Positions 42,487 through 52,495 of a stretch of 64,000 nt of DNA are shown here, piece by piece; position 1 is the stretch's first letter; each line of letters starts with the position of its first letter. Source of the DNA: an uncultured Verrucomicrobiae bacterium (GTDB lineage Bacteria; Verrucomicrobiota; Verrucomicrobiia; Chthoniobacterales; UBA10450); contig CAWIBO010000003.1 of the NCBI GenBank assembly GCA_963834385.1, positions 352,001-416,000 on the forward strand, in the 5' to 3' direction. Below the pieces are notes generated by a model that saw only the letters and a program-made list of their open reading frames with translations, did no database searches and was not told the DNA's origin. The position numbers were made by a program, and so were the translations under genes.

Positions 42487-42514
42487 TTGTGGCTCTGCCC
42501 GGCCCCGATATGCT
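42487..42514 (+). promoter_or_regulatory. Sigma70-like promoter giving a leaderless purS transcript
   Basis: TTGTGG-16 nt-TATGCT-6 nt-GTG start. Confidence 0.6.
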
Positions 42515-42520
42515 GCACGG

Positions 42521-42766
42521 GTGAAAGTAAAGGTGACGGTGACTCCGAAGGCGGCCGTGCTCGACCCGCAGGGCGCGGCGGTGCGCGAGGCCATGCAACA
42601 TCATGGTTTGCCCGAGGTGAAAAGCGTGCGCATCGGCAAGTACATGGAGATCGAGCTGGAGGAAGGCGTGGCCGATGCCGAACAGCGCCTGCATGCCCTT
42701 TGCCGCGATCTCCTTTCCAACCCGGTCATCGAGGACTACGAGCTGCGCACGGAGGAAGAGCGGTGA
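42521..42766 (+). CDS. purS: Phosphoribosylformylglycinamidine synthase subunit PurS
   Basis: VLDPQG, VRIGK, LLSNPVIEDY. Confidence 0.95.
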   Translation: MKVKVTVTPKAAVLDPQGAAVREAMQHHGLPEVKSVRIGKYMEIELEEGVADAEQRLHALCRDLLSNPVIEDYELRTEEER

Positions 42767-43473
42767 AATTTGCCGTGGTCCGGTTTCCCGGCTCGAACTG
42801 CGACCAGGATTGTGTCGCCGCGCTCGACGGTCTTGACGGGGTGACGGCTGATTACGTCTGGCATAAGAATGATTCGTTGGCCGGTTTCGACGCCATTGTC
42901 ATTCCGGGCGGTTTTTCCTACGGCGATTATCTGCGCACCGGGGCCATTGCCACCTTCTCGCCGATCATGAAAGCGGTCGCCCGGGCCGCGCAGGAGGGCA
43001 TGCTGGTCCTCGGCGTCTGCAACGGTTTCCAAATCCTCTGCGAAGCCGGCCTGCTTCCCGGCGCGCTCGTCCGCAACCGCGGGCTCCGTTTCATCTGCGA
43101 GATGGTGACTCTCCGGGTGGAGGTTCCCGACTCGCCTTACACGCGCGGTTGTCCCGAGGGAACCCTGCTGCGGCTCCCCATTGCCCACGGGGAGGGCTGC
43201 TTTTTCGCCGGTGAAGAGGTCCTGCGGGAATTAAATGCCAACCGCCAGGTGCTGGTTCGCTACTGCGATGAACAGGGGCAGGTCACCCCCGCCGCGAACC
43301 CGAACGGGTCCGTCGAAAATATCGCGGGCATCTGCAACCGGGCCCGCAACGTCTTTGGGCTGATGCCGCATCCCGATCGCGCCTGCGCCACCGCGCTCGG
43401 CAGCAGCGATGGCCTTACGATCTTTCGTTCCATGATCGCTTCCGTGCGCGAACAGGCGGCGCGCGCCGCCTAG
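42763..43473 (+). CDS. purQ: Phosphoribosylformylglycinamidine synthase subunit PurQ
   Basis: [31 protein letters not shown]. Confidence 0.96.
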   Translation: MKFAVVRFPGSNCDQDCVAALDGLDGVTADYVWHKNDSLAGFDAIVIPGGFSYGDYLRTGAIATFSPIMKAVARAAQEGMLVLGVCNGFQILCEAGLLPGALVRNRGLRFICEMVTLRVEVPDSPYTRGCPEGTLLRLPIAHGEGCFFAGEEVLRELNANRQVLVRYCDEQGQVTPAANPNGSVENIAGICNRARNVFGLMPHPDRACATALGSSDGLTIFRSMIASVREQAARAA

Positions 43474-43479
43474 CTTCCC

Positions 43480-44130
43480 TTGGTCCCCGGGATCTTTGTC
43501 ACCGGTACCGACACAGGAGTCGGGAAAACCGTCCTGGTTACGCGGCTCCTGCGCCAACTTCGTGAGGAGGGAATCCGGGCCGCCGGCTTCAAGCCGATCT
43601 GCTGCGGCGACCGGGGGGACGCCGAACGCATCCTGGCCGAAAGCGCAGGCGGTTTCACCCTCGACGAAATCAATCCCTGCTGGCTGCGCACACCGGCCGC
43701 GCCGTTCACTGCGGCACAGATCGAGAAGCGGGAGGTGGCGATCGTGCCGTTGCTGGAGGCATTTCGCCGTTTGCAGGCGAAAACCGAGGTGGTCGTGGTC
43801 GAGGGCGTCGGCGGCTGGCTGGTGCCACTTGGGCGTGGCCTCTATGTGGCCGATCTCGCGGCGGCGCTGGCGCTCCCGGTCATCGTGGTGGTGGCCAACC
43901 GGTTGGGCTGCCTGAACCACGCCTTTCTCACCCTGGCCGAGGTCGAACGCCGGGGATTGTCCTGCGCCGGGATGGTCTGCAACCGGATCGGCGAAGAAAA
44001 TGTGGCCACCGCGACCAACGAGCGGGTGCTTGGCGAGCTGGCGAAGGCGCCGCCGCTGCCCTTTCCGGAGGCCGGCGGGGGGTTGTCCCGGGAATGGCGT
44101 AACAGCCTCGGATTTTCGCCGCCGGTGTAA
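43480..44130 (+). CDS. bioD: Dethiobiotin synthase
   Basis: FVTGTDTGVGKT, KPICCG, VEGVGG, LGCLNHA. Confidence 0.93.
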   Translation: MVPGIFVTGTDTGVGKTVLVTRLLRQLREEGIRAAGFKPICCGDRGDAERILAESAGGFTLDEINPCWLRTPAAPFTAAQIEKREVAIVPLLEAFRRLQAKTEVVVVEGVGGWLVPLGRGLYVADLAAALALPVIVVVANRLGCLNHAFLTLAEVERRGLSCAGMVCNRIGEENVATATNERVLGELAKAPPLPFPEAGGGLSREWRNSLGFSPPV

Positions 44131-44221
44131 AGCCGTCGGTGTTGCGAAAACGACACAAGTGTCAGCATTCTTTACACTTTTTGCCGACACTCCGAAGGGC
44201 GCTACGAGGGAAGAAGGGTGG

Positions 44222-44237
44222 TGGCACCTCCATTGCT
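44222..44237 (+). promoter_or_regulatory. Sigma54 (-24/-12) promoter
   Basis: TGGCAC-CTCCA-TTGCT is an exact consensus match, ~20 nt before ATG 44259. Confidence 0.75.
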
Positions 44238-44258
44238 AAATGAAACGGCACAACCCTT

Positions 44259-44735
44259 ATGCTCCTTCAAAAAACCCTGCACATGAATCAAGCCGCCGCG
44301 GAATGCCGTTCCCGCCTGGCCAGCATTCAGTCGTATAGCCGCCAATTCGTCATGGTGACGAAGGCGACGGTGACTTCGTCCAAGACGATGGATTTCAGCT
44401 TCCGGGGGCCGCTTGGCTTCCAGGCCAGCACCATACTGATGGGCCAGGAAACCGGTGACCCGAACCAGTACGCGTTCGAGTCGGCCGGCGGTAACATCGA
44501 GATCATGGGCCTGGTCGATTTCACGGAGGTGCGCCCGCATTGCACCGAGGTGACCCTGGCGGTGCATTACGAGCTGAAGAACAAATTTTTCGCGTGGCTG
44601 GACCGTCGTTTCCACTTTGTGGACGCGTTCCTGAACGCCGAGTTGCGCAGCATCCGCTCGCACTTCGAGGGAATTGCGGCGCCGATCACGGAGAGCTATC
44701 CCGCCCTGGCGATGCTCGAGCCGGCTCACGCCTAG
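44259..44735 (+). CDS. SRPBCC/START-fold-like protein
   Basis: FES..GNIEIMGLVDF, TEVTLAVHY, C-terminal helix ELRSIRSHFE. Confidence 0.6.
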   Translation: MLLQKTLHMNQAAAECRSRLASIQSYSRQFVMVTKATVTSSKTMDFSFRGPLGFQASTILMGQETGDPNQYAFESAGGNIEIMGLVDFTEVRPHCTEVTLAVHYELKNKFFAWLDRRFHFVDAFLNAELRSIRSHFEGIAAPITESYPALAMLEPAHA

Positions 44736-44754
44736 CAACATTTCTGCAGCAGAT

Positions 44755-44792
44755 AGAGGGCGCGAAGTTGGGGGACTTCGCGCTCTTTTTCT
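44755..44792. terminator. Intrinsic terminator between convergent genes
   Basis: AGAGGGCGCGAAGT-loop-ACTTCGCGCTCTTTTT. Confidence 0.75.
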
Positions 44793-44807
44793 GTACCGGG
44801 ACGATGC

Positions 44808-45977
44808 TCAGGAAAGGCGCACGGCGCGGGTCTTGTCGAGGCGAAGCACGTCGCCCTTTTTCAAGGCCACTCGCACCTTGGGATCCCGGATCTTTTCGCC
44901 ATTAAGCTGGACGCTGCCCTGTTCCAGGAGACGACGCGCCTCGGTCTTTGACTTCGCGGTCTGGAACGATTCGGCGTAGACCTGCACCACCAGCGCGGCC
45001 GCCTCGGTTGCGTCCGACGGCGCGGCGAAGGCTGGCAGGTCCGCTTCGGCCAGCCTTTTTTCGCTGAAGCGGGCATTCCAATCGGCCAGCACGCGGGCGG
45101 CGGTGTCGGCTCCGTGGTAGGTCTGCGTGATTTCGCGCGCCAGCTCCTTCTTGGCCTCGAGCGGGTGCATCCCGGGCGCGGGCGTGCGCCCGAGCAGCAG
45201 TTCGTAGTAGCGCGCCATGAGGGTGTCGGAAATGCTCATGATCTTGCCGAACATTTCCGGGGCGGGTTCGTTCACCCCGACGTAATTGTTCAGGCTCTTG
45301 CTCATTTTCATCGAGCCATCGAGCCCTTCCAGGATCGGGACGAGCAGGACCACCTGCTGCGGTTTGTTCTCGGCCTTTTGCAGGTCGCGCCCGACCAGAA
45401 TATTGAAAAGCTGGTCCGAGCCCCCCAGCTCGACGTCCGCCTCCACCATGACCGAATCCCAGCCCTGCATGATGGGATACTGGATTTCATGGGCCCGCAC
45501 CGGCTGGTCCTGTTGCAGGCGCGTTTTGAAATCCTCCCGCTGCAGCATCTGCTGGAGGGTAACGCGGCTGTTGAGCTGGATGACCTGTTCAAAGGTCATC
45601 GGGCGGAACCATTCGCTGTTGTAAACGATGCGGGTCTTTTTCTCGTCGAGAATTTTCAGGGCCTGTTCGCGATAGGTCGTGGCATGCGCCTGCACCTGGG
45701 CGGGCGTCAACTGGGGGCGCGTGACCGACCGGCCGCTGGGATCGCCGATCAAGGCCGTGAAATCGCCGATGATCAGGATGGCCTCGTGGCCCAGGTCCTG
45801 GAACTGGCGCAGCTTCCGAATGGCCAGGGTATGTCCGAGATGAATGTCGGCGCTGGTCGGGTCCACCCCGAGCTTGACCCGGAGCGGGCGGCCCAGGGCG
45901 AGCTTGGCCTGAAGTTCCGCCGGACTGATGACCTGGGCGGCCCCGCGCGTGAGCAGGGCAAGGGCGTCATCAGGCAT
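44808..45977 (-). CDS. tyrS: Tyrosine--tRNA ligase
   Basis: LGVDPTSADIHLGH, ELGGSDQ, KMSKS, C-terminal S4 domain. Confidence 0.97.
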   Translation of the reverse strand: MPDDALALLTRGAAQVISPAELQAKLALGRPLRVKLGVDPTSADIHLGHTLAIRKLRQFQDLGHEAILIIGDFTALIGDPSGRSVTRPQLTPAQVQAHATTYREQALKILDEKKTRIVYNSEWFRPMTFEQVIQLNSRVTLQQMLQREDFKTRLQQDQPVRAHEIQYPIMQGWDSVMVEADVELGGSDQLFNILVGRDLQKAENKPQQVVLLVPILEGLDGSMKMSKSLNNYVGVNEPAPEMFGKIMSISDTLMARYYELLLGRTPAPGMHPLEAKKELAREITQTYHGADTAARVLADWNARFSEKRLAEADLPAFAAPSDATEAAALVVQVYAESFQTAKSKTEARRLLEQGSVQLNGEKIRDPKVRVALKKGDVLRLDKTRAVRLS

Positions 45978-46007
45978 GGGAGCAGGAAAGAGATCGAGGC
46001 GGGCGCC

Positions 46008-46511
46008 TCATTTACTCTTGTTCAACAGCTCGCGCACCTGGTCAATCGTCAGCGGAGTGTCCTTTTGGCTCAGCGCTTTCTGGCTTTTGCCCTCGCCGAG
46101 GAAAGGGCGGGTGTTCCCATAGGACCGCACGGCCTGGCTGCGTTCGCCCTGGGCGGCGGCGCGGACCGGCGCCCGTTCCTGCGCGAGCGTGAGCTCCCGA
46201 GCCTGGTGGGCTCGGGTGGAACCATGGGCCACGGCCGAGCCGTCGCGGAAAAGAAAGGCCGCGTGTTGCCGGGAAGTGAATTCCGGCTGGACGGCAAAAG
46301 TCCGCAACGTCTTTTCCTTTTTCACCGTGAGCGCCCGGACACGGGCCTCCTTTCCGGCAAAGCCGCCGGCCCGGGCTTGAAAGGCCTTGGCTTGCGCGGG
46401 GTTTTGCAGCTCCGTGTCGGGCCGCAAAAGGCGGTCGATCAGTTTGCGTTCCTGTTCCTGCGCGAAGAGGGACCCGGTGAGGAAAAAGAGAAGGAAGGCG
46501 AGCGGCCGCAC
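46008..46511 (-). CDS. Secreted hypothetical protein
   Basis: Signal peptide; QEQERKLIDRLLRP...LTIDQVRELLNK. Confidence 0.7.
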   Translation of the reverse strand: MRPLAFLLFFLTGSLFAQEQERKLIDRLLRPDTELQNPAQAKAFQARAGGFAGKEARVRALTVKKEKTLRTFAVQPEFTSRQHAAFLFRDGSAVAHGSTRAHQARELTLAQERAPVRAAAQGERSQAVRSYGNTRPFLGEGKSQKALSQKDTPLTIDQVRELLNKSK

Positions 46512-46573
46512 GAGGCGAACCTGCCGAAAGCCGGGGGAGTTTGTAAAGACAATTGTCCCCTTGGCGGGCCGCT

Positions 46574-47224
46574 CTACCAGTGCAGCAGATCGAGCAGGCG
46601 GCGGGCCCCGGCGGGCGGCCGGGCCTTGCCGCTCAGGATGGTCCCGGCGCGGACGCGCCGGCCGTAATACCGCGCGTTCGAGCTTTTCTGAGTGGCGATG
46701 ACCGCGCCCTCCAGGGAAACGCCGGCGAAAAGGCCTTTGCTGCGGCTGTAGGTGTAGACCGCGGCGGTGGGCATGACGCCCGCCTGCAGGTTGCGCCCCA
46801 CCGGGCCGGCGGCGGCGCTGAGATCAGCTCCCAGGGTCACGTTTCCCTCCTCGGCGAAGGCCTGCACCGCCTGCGGGGTGTTGAGCACGAAAACAAAATC
46901 GGTTACCTGCGCGCCAATTTGCAGGCCCCAGCCGGCTCCGCCCGTGCCGACAAAGGAAGGCCCCGACCAGTTGCCGGAGCGGGTCCGCGCGACCACCACA
47001 CCCTGCCCGCCTTTTCCGCTCAGGCCAAAGCCGACCTTGATCACGCGCAGGATGGCAAGGCCGCGCGCGTCGCTCAAGACATTGGCCGGAATGGCGCTCT
47101 CGGGCATGCGGCGGAACTCGCGGATGATCTGGGCGGCTTCGTTCACGGTTTCCTGCGGCGTCGCGGCCTGGGCCGGGATGGGGCAGAGGGCGAGGAACAG
47201 GAGGGCGCAAAAAATCGTTCTCAT
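46574..47224 (-). CDS. Ysc84/SYLF lipid-binding domain protein
   Basis: GGQGVVVAR..WSGP, GLQIGAQ, AAAGPVGR, YSRSKGLFAGVSLEG. Confidence 0.9.
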   Translation of the reverse strand: MRTIFCALLFLALCPIPAQAATPQETVNEAAQIIREFRRMPESAIPANVLSDARGLAILRVIKVGFGLSGKGGQGVVVARTRSGNWSGPSFVGTGGAGWGLQIGAQVTDFVFVLNTPQAVQAFAEEGNVTLGADLSAAAGPVGRNLQAGVMPTAAVYTYSRSKGLFAGVSLEGAVIATQKSSNARYYGRRVRAGTILSGKARPPAGARRLLDLLHW

Positions 47225-48216
47225 CTGGTTGACCCTTCGAATCCGGACCGCGGCGCGGACGCTTTTTTTCCTTCGCCCGGCCCGTCGATCTTCTTTTCGC
47301 CCAGGCCCTGTTCGGCGCGTTTCTGCTGGTCGATAAACTCGGCGTGGGCGGAAGGGACGATGCCGGAGCCGTGGCAACGGGAAAATTCCTTGGTAAACTC
47401 CGCCCCGAAAAGAAAGATGGTGGTGGAATAGTAGACCCAGACCAGGATCAGGATGAGGGCACCCGCGGCGCCGAAACTCGAGGCCACGCTGCTGGTGCCG
47501 AGATACCATCCGATGAGCATTTTGCCGATGGCAAAGAGGACCGCGGTGACGGCGGCCCCGATCCAGACGTCCCGCCATTGAATGCGGACGTCCGGGAGCA
47601 CTTTGTAGATCAGGGCGAAAAGAACCGTAAGGAGGATAATCGAGAGGACAAAATCCAGCGGGGCGGCAAAGGAAGGGAGCGGGAGATAGCCGCTCATGTA
47701 GTTGCTGATTGCCTGCAGGACGGCGCTGAGCACGAGCGAGATCATGAGGAGAAAGCCAATGGCAAGGACCATGGAGAAGGAGAGGAGATAGGTGCGGGCC
47801 ATGGCGAACCACCCGCGTTTGCGGAGCCGCACGCCCCAGATGGCGTTGAGCGAGTCCTTGAGCTGGCCGAACACGCCCGAGGCGCCGAGGATCAGGGTGG
47901 CCACGCCGACGATGCTGGCCAGCAGGCTTTTGGGGCGGTCGCTCGAGGCCTGGATGATATTCTGGATCTCGCCGGCCGCCTTGGGACCGATCAGCCACTC
48001 AATCTGCTCGTAAAGCTGGCCGCGCGCCGCTTCCTCGCCAAAGAACAGGCCGGCACTGGCAATGACGATGATGACCAGCGGCGCCATGGCAAAGATCGAA
48101 TAGTAGGCCAGGGCGGCGCTGAAGCGCAGGACCCGGTCCTCCGACCATTCCCGGTAGGTGGAAAGGAACATCGGTCCCCATGAACGCAGCCAATCAAATT
48201 TCGCTTTCTTTCCCAT
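47221..48216 (-). CDS. YihY/BrkB family membrane protein
   Basis: AALAYYSIFAMAP, LIYKVLPD, WVYYS..FLFGAEF. Confidence 0.92.
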   Translation of the reverse strand: MGKKAKFDWLRSWGPMFLSTYREWSEDRVLRFSAALAYYSIFAMAPLVIIVIASAGLFFGEEAARGQLYEQIEWLIGPKAAGEIQNIIQASSDRPKSLLASIVGVATLILGASGVFGQLKDSLNAIWGVRLRKRGWFAMARTYLLSFSMVLAIGFLLMISLVLSAVLQAISNYMSGYLPLPSFAAPLDFVLSIILLTVLFALIYKVLPDVRIQWRDVWIGAAVTAVLFAIGKMLIGWYLGTSSVASSFGAAGALILILVWVYYSTTIFLFGAEFTKEFSRCHGSGIVPSAHAEFIDQQKRAEQGLGEKKIDGPGEGKKASAPRSGFEGSTR

Positions 48217-48266
48217 CTCCCTCTAAAACTACGGTCAGCGTCGCGCCGGTGCGCGTTTTTTTCACC

Positions 48267-48758
48267 ATGGAAGACCCGATCATCGACCTGCAAAGCGATT
48301 CCTTTTTCATGCGCGAAGCGCTGCGGCTGGCGCAGAAGGCCTTCGCGGCCGGGGAAGTCCCGGTGGGCGCCGTGGTGGTGCAGGCGGGCCGGATCATCGG
48401 CCGTTCCCACAACCAGGTGGAGATGTTGAAGGACGCCACCGCGCATGCGGAAATGCTGGCCCTGACCCAGGCGGAAGCCGCCGTGGGCGACTGGCGCCTG
48501 GTCGACTGCGACCTCTATGTGACCAAGGAGCCCTGCCCGATGTGCGCCGGAGCCGCGGTGCATGTGCGGTTGCGCCGGGTCATTTTTGGATGTGCCGACG
48601 AGCGGGGCGGAGCCGCCGGAGGGCTGCTCAATCTCCTGCAATTGCCCGGGTTGAATCATCGCTGCGAGATCACGCCGGGCGTCCTGGCCGAAGAAGCGTC
48701 GGCGCTCCTGCGCTCGTTCTTCCAGGCGAAACGGGCCCGGACGGCCCCGGAGGCGTGA
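48267..48758 (+). CDS. tadA: tRNA adenosine(34) deaminase
   Basis: GEVPVGAV, TAHAEM, KEPCPMCAGA. Confidence 0.92.
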   Translation: MEDPIIDLQSDSFFMREALRLAQKAFAAGEVPVGAVVVQAGRIIGRSHNQVEMLKDATAHAEMLALTQAEAAVGDWRLVDCDLYVTKEPCPMCAGAAVHVRLRRVIFGCADERGGAAGGLLNLLQLPGLNHRCEITPGVLAEEASALLRSFFQAKRARTAPEA

Positions 48759-48790
48759 GCGGCCGCCGCGGCGCGGGTTGGAGGCGGGGA

Positions 48791-48864
48791 TGGCTGCCTC
48801 GCAAGGACTCGAACCTTGACAAAGAGATCCAGAATCTCTCGTGCTACCATTACACCACGAGGCA
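48791..48864 (-). tRNA. tRNA-Gln(CTG)
   Basis: TGCCTCG acceptor; AGAGA-TTCTGGA-TCTCT anticodon arm; GGTTCGAGTCC; encoded CCA. Confidence 0.97.
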
Positions 48865-48937
48865 AAATCGGGCGGGTGACAGGTAAGACCGTTCCCGGCC
48901 ATCGCGCAAGTCGCGGGCCCGTGAAATTCCGGGCTTC

Positions 48938-49888
48938 TTAACCGTTCTCGCGGCGGTCGAGGACGATCTCGTCTCCCTCGCGCGCGGCTTCCACGGTCAG
49001 AGCCCGGCCGCTTTCCGCCACCTGCCGGCGGGCCGTCTTCACCATGCCGTCGATAAAAGCATCATCGTGGTTCGGGTCATGGTGAAAAAGCAGGAGCCGC
49101 TTCACCCCCGCGTCGAGCGCCAGCGAGATCGTGGCGCTGATATGGCCATGTCCCCAGCCCACTTTCTCCGGATATTCCTCGTCGGTATATTGGGTGTCGA
49201 GAAGGAGCACATCGGTGCCGGAAAGGAACTGGACCAGGCCGTCGCGTTCCTCCCGCGCGACCGAGGCCGCCTGCTCGATGCTGGCGTTTTCCCGCTCGGC
49301 CATCTGCCGCCGCAGGTGCTCGAACGGTTCGTTGTCCGGCAGATAAGCCACGGAGCCGCCGCTGGTGAAGAGGCGGAAGCCGCTGCAATTCCCAGGGTGA
49401 TTTACGAAACGGGCGGCGATCCTGACCTGGCCGACCTGAAATTCCATTTCTTTCAGCTCGCGGATGGCCACGCAGCCGAAGACATCATGCAGTTTGACCG
49501 GGAAGAAGGGGTTCTCCATCTGTTCGGAAAGGATGGCGGCGAGACCGTTGCTGGCCCCTTCGTAACCGAGAATGTGGATCTCATTTTTCTTCTGGTAGGC
49601 GGGAAGAAAGAAGGGGAGGCCCTGGATATGGTCCCAGTGCGAATGGGTCAGGAGCATGGTCAGCTTGATCGGGCGCTCGCCAAATTCACGATCGAGGGAA
49701 AGGCCGAGCGGGCGGATGCCCGAGCCGGCATCGAGGACGATGATTTCGCCATCGGCCCGCAGCTCCACGCAACTGGTGTTCCCGCCGTAACCGATGGTGG
49801 ACTGCCCCGGGACCGGGATCGAACCGCGCACGCCCCAGAGACGGAGGCGGGGTGCGGCCGGGTCCGGACTGGAAGAGGAACCGGTCAA
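48938..49888 (-). CDS. MBL-fold metallo-hydrolase (WGxRGS subgroup)
   Basis: WGVRGSIPVPG, YGGNTSC, THSHWDHIQG, GWGH, FHHDP. Confidence 0.9.
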   Translation of the reverse strand: MTGSSSSPDPAAPRLRLWGVRGSIPVPGQSTIGYGGNTSCVELRADGEIIVLDAGSGIRPLGLSLDREFGERPIKLTMLLTHSHWDHIQGLPFFLPAYQKKNEIHILGYEGASNGLAAILSEQMENPFFPVKLHDVFGCVAIRELKEMEFQVGQVRIAARFVNHPGNCSGFRLFTSGGSVAYLPDNEPFEHLRRQMAERENASIEQAASVAREERDGLVQFLSGTDVLLLDTQYTDEEYPEKVGWGHGHISATISLALDAGVKRLLLFHHDPNHDDAFIDGMVKTARRQVAESGRALTVEAAREGDEIVLDRRENG

Positions 49889-50113
49889 AGCAGGAAGGGG
49901 GTTTGCGCCATGATCCGATTTTCCCGGCGCGATCCCGCGCGGCGGCCGGGTCCTGACCTGCTATTGGCGCGCGCGGCGCCCATCCAATTCATTCGTTTAG
50001 TTCCGGCGGTCGGCATTGTTGCGCGCGAAGTCTGTCATGCCCGCCAGCGTGAACCAAGTGTTTTTCGCGCGTCTTGTGTAGCGTGGAGCGAGCGGGCGAC
50101 GCGCGCCATTTGG

Positions 50114-50152
50114 AAACAAAAACGGCCACCGGGCGAACCGCGGTGGCCGTTT
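50114..50152 (-). terminator. Intrinsic terminator after the PEP-CTERM gene
   Basis: AAACGGCCACCG/CGGTGGCCGTTT stem followed by a T-tract on the minus strand. Confidence 0.8.
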
Positions 50153-50170
50153 CCGAGGAGAAACGATTTT

Positions 50171-50746
50171 TTAGCTGTCTTTGCGACGGCGGAAGATCGT
50201 GTTGGCAACCCCAATCATGCCAAGACCCAGCACGCCGATGATCGGCGCGAGAGCGGACATCTCCGGCACCGGCACCGCGACTGAGCCGATGTTGTCAACC
50301 GGCGTGCCGTCGTTGCCACCGCCGTTGCGGGTGGCCGAGGCGGCGAAGTTATCGGTGCGCTGCTGATTGGTGTTGGAGACGGCTGAGAAGATGCCGAGGG
50401 CGTTCGGGCCCACGATGCTCTCCTGGCCGATATAGGTCCAGGTCAGGTTGAAAACACCCGCGTCATCCATCGGCAGGACGGTGGAAGGCGTGGTCCCGAT
50501 GAGCGAGGACGAGAAGGTCCAGTCCATCGGCTGCGCGTTGGAGCCGGGGACGAAACCGCCGAAATCATAAATCGTGAAATAATCGCCGGACTGCACCCGC
50601 TGGTCCAGGGTCGCATTGGCGGAATAGTTCCACTGGAAATTCGGGCCAACCGAAGCCGTGCTGTCGAAAGTGGGAATGATGTCCGCGGAGGCAGAAATCG
50701 CCATCCCTGTCGCTGCTAGTAAACCTAGAAAGTATGTCTTACGCAT
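50171..50746 (-). CDS. PEP-CTERM-variant (VPEMS) surface protein
   Basis: Signal MRKTYFLGLLAATGMAISASA; tail VPVPEMSALAPIIGVLGLGMIGVANTIFRRRKDS. Confidence 0.85.
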   Translation of the reverse strand: MRKTYFLGLLAATGMAISASADIIPTFDSTASVGPNFQWNYSANATLDQRVQSGDYFTIYDFGGFVPGSNAQPMDWTFSSSLIGTTPSTVLPMDDAGVFNLTWTYIGQESIVGPNALGIFSAVSNTNQQRTDNFAASATRNGGGNDGTPVDNIGSVAVPVPEMSALAPIIGVLGLGMIGVANTIFRRRKDS

Positions 50747-50798
50747 ATAGTTTGGGTTGTTTCCATCCGTTATTTCAGTTTTGCGTCGCATCGTCAAT

Positions 50799-50813
50799 AG
50801 AAAAGTCGTGCCA
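50799..50813 (-). promoter_or_regulatory. Possible degenerate sigma54 promoter for the PEP-CTERM gene
   Basis: TGGCACGACTTTTCT: perfect -24 element, non-consensus -12 element. Confidence 0.35.
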
Positions 50814-50868
50814 CGGCTGAATAAATTTTTCCCACCCTTTCTCCGCGGTCTGTTCTAAAATCACCCCC

Positions 50869-52487
50869 GTGCCCGTTGCCGCCCCCGCCCACCACACCTC
50901 CAGCAACCACCCCGCGTCCCCTCAGCCGGGACGGTTCTCCTGGGAAAATGGGCTCGCCCTTTTCCTCTGGGCCTGGGCCATCTGGAGCTGCGCCGAGCAC
51001 TGGGAAAACAACCCGAACTACTCCTATGGCTGGGCCGTTCCCGTCCTTGCCCTCGGCTTTGCCCTGCGGCGCTTTTTCCTGGCTCCTGCCGCGACCACGG
51101 GCGGGCACTCTGGCCCCGGCAGGGCCTGGCTGCTCCTGGCTGCGGCCGGTGCGGCGGCGTGGGTCTTCGGTCTGGAATATGCCCGTTTACAGGTCTGGCG
51201 CCCTCAGGTCGTTCTCACGGCCATTTGTTTTGGCGCCATTTTCTGGACGTTTCTCGTCCTCTGGAGCCATGGCGGTTTCCCGCTCCTGCGCCGCCAGCTT
51301 TTCCCGGTTCTTTTCTTTCTCACCGCGGTGCCCTGGCCGCCGCGGTTCGAACAGCCGCTCACGAGTGCGCTCATGGTGGGGGTGGCGCAGGCGACGGTGG
51401 AACTGCTGCACTGGAGCGGAATCGAGGCGAAACAGGCGGGAGGCGCCATTGCCCTGAGCACGGGTCTGGTGGGCGTGACCGAGGCCTGCAGCGGCATCCG
51501 CTCGCTCCAGGCGGGGATCATGTTTGGCCTGGCCATGGGCGAATGGTTTTTGCTGGGCGTGGGGCGACGCCTGCGTTCTCCTGGCGGCGGCCATCGGGCT
51601 CGCGCTGGTGACGAATCTCGGGCGCACCCTCGCCTTGTGCCTGCAGGCGGAGTGGCATGGCGTGGCCGCGGTGGAGAAAGTGCATGACCTGATCGGCACC
51701 GTGGTGATGACCGTTCTCATCGGCGGGATCTGGTTCGCCGGGCGGTTGCTGCGCGGCCCGCGAGGAGAAATGATTCCCGCGAAGGAACAGCTCCGGGCGA
51801 GGCTGGGCGCGCTGGCGGCGGGATGGAGACAGGCGCGTTTTCCGAACTTCTGGCTGGTGGTCCTCGTCGCCTTGTTGAGCTTCCTGGCGGCGCAATTCCT
51901 TAACGCGCGGCTGGAAGCGCGCGACCAGACCCAGCGCGAGCCCTTTTTCGCGGTGCAACCCTCCTTCCCGGGCAACAGCCGGGTGGAGGTGCCGCGCGAG
52001 ATCATGCGCGCGCTCAATCCGACCAGCGGCGAATACATCCGGCGCGAGGACGCGTCCCTTCCGCGCGGGACCGGCGACGGTTACCATTTCTTCTGGAAGC
52101 CGTCGCCCTGGAACCGGTTTGTCCTCGTGCATCGCCCCGATATCTGCATGCCCGGGATCGGCTGGCAGCTGGCTGGCCCGCCCGAGCCGGTCGAGGTGAA
52201 GTTCGGGGCGCGCACGCTGCTCTTTCACGCCTTTCGTTTTCAGCGGGGCGATCTGCATGCCCTGGCGCTCTGGGGTGCCTGGCGCAACGGCGACCCGGTC
52301 CTGATTGATTACCAGCCGGACGAGGTCCTGGGGGCGGGAGGGGCGCCACCCCCTGCTGGAGTTGCAGGGAAAACGGCGTTCCGCCACCGAGATCGTGGCC
52401 GGTCACGTCATGCAAAGGGGGGAAAAGCCCGCGCTGGAAAATGCTGTCGCCCTCCTGCGTGCGCTTTTCGTATACAAGGGAGAGTGA
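50869..52487 (+). CDS. Exosortase fused to an EpsI-like domain (frameshifts near 51570 and 52340)
   Basis: NYSYGWAVP; catalytic Cys VTEACSGIRS, Arg NLGR, His VHDLIG; EpsI-like HRPDICMPGIGW. Confidence 0.82.
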
Positions 52488-52495
52488 ACGAGAAC

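Noticed and set aside
46574..47998. 474-aa SYLF protein and other over-extended ORFs (21952..23232, 17701..20673, 42442..43473)
   Set aside because: The extensions overlap neighbouring genes; real starts with signal peptides or family N-termini lie downstream.
28030..48864. Genomic island bounded by tRNA-Leu and tRNA-Gln
   Set aside because: The interval holds core genes; no integrase and no duplicated tRNA 3' end (att) seen.
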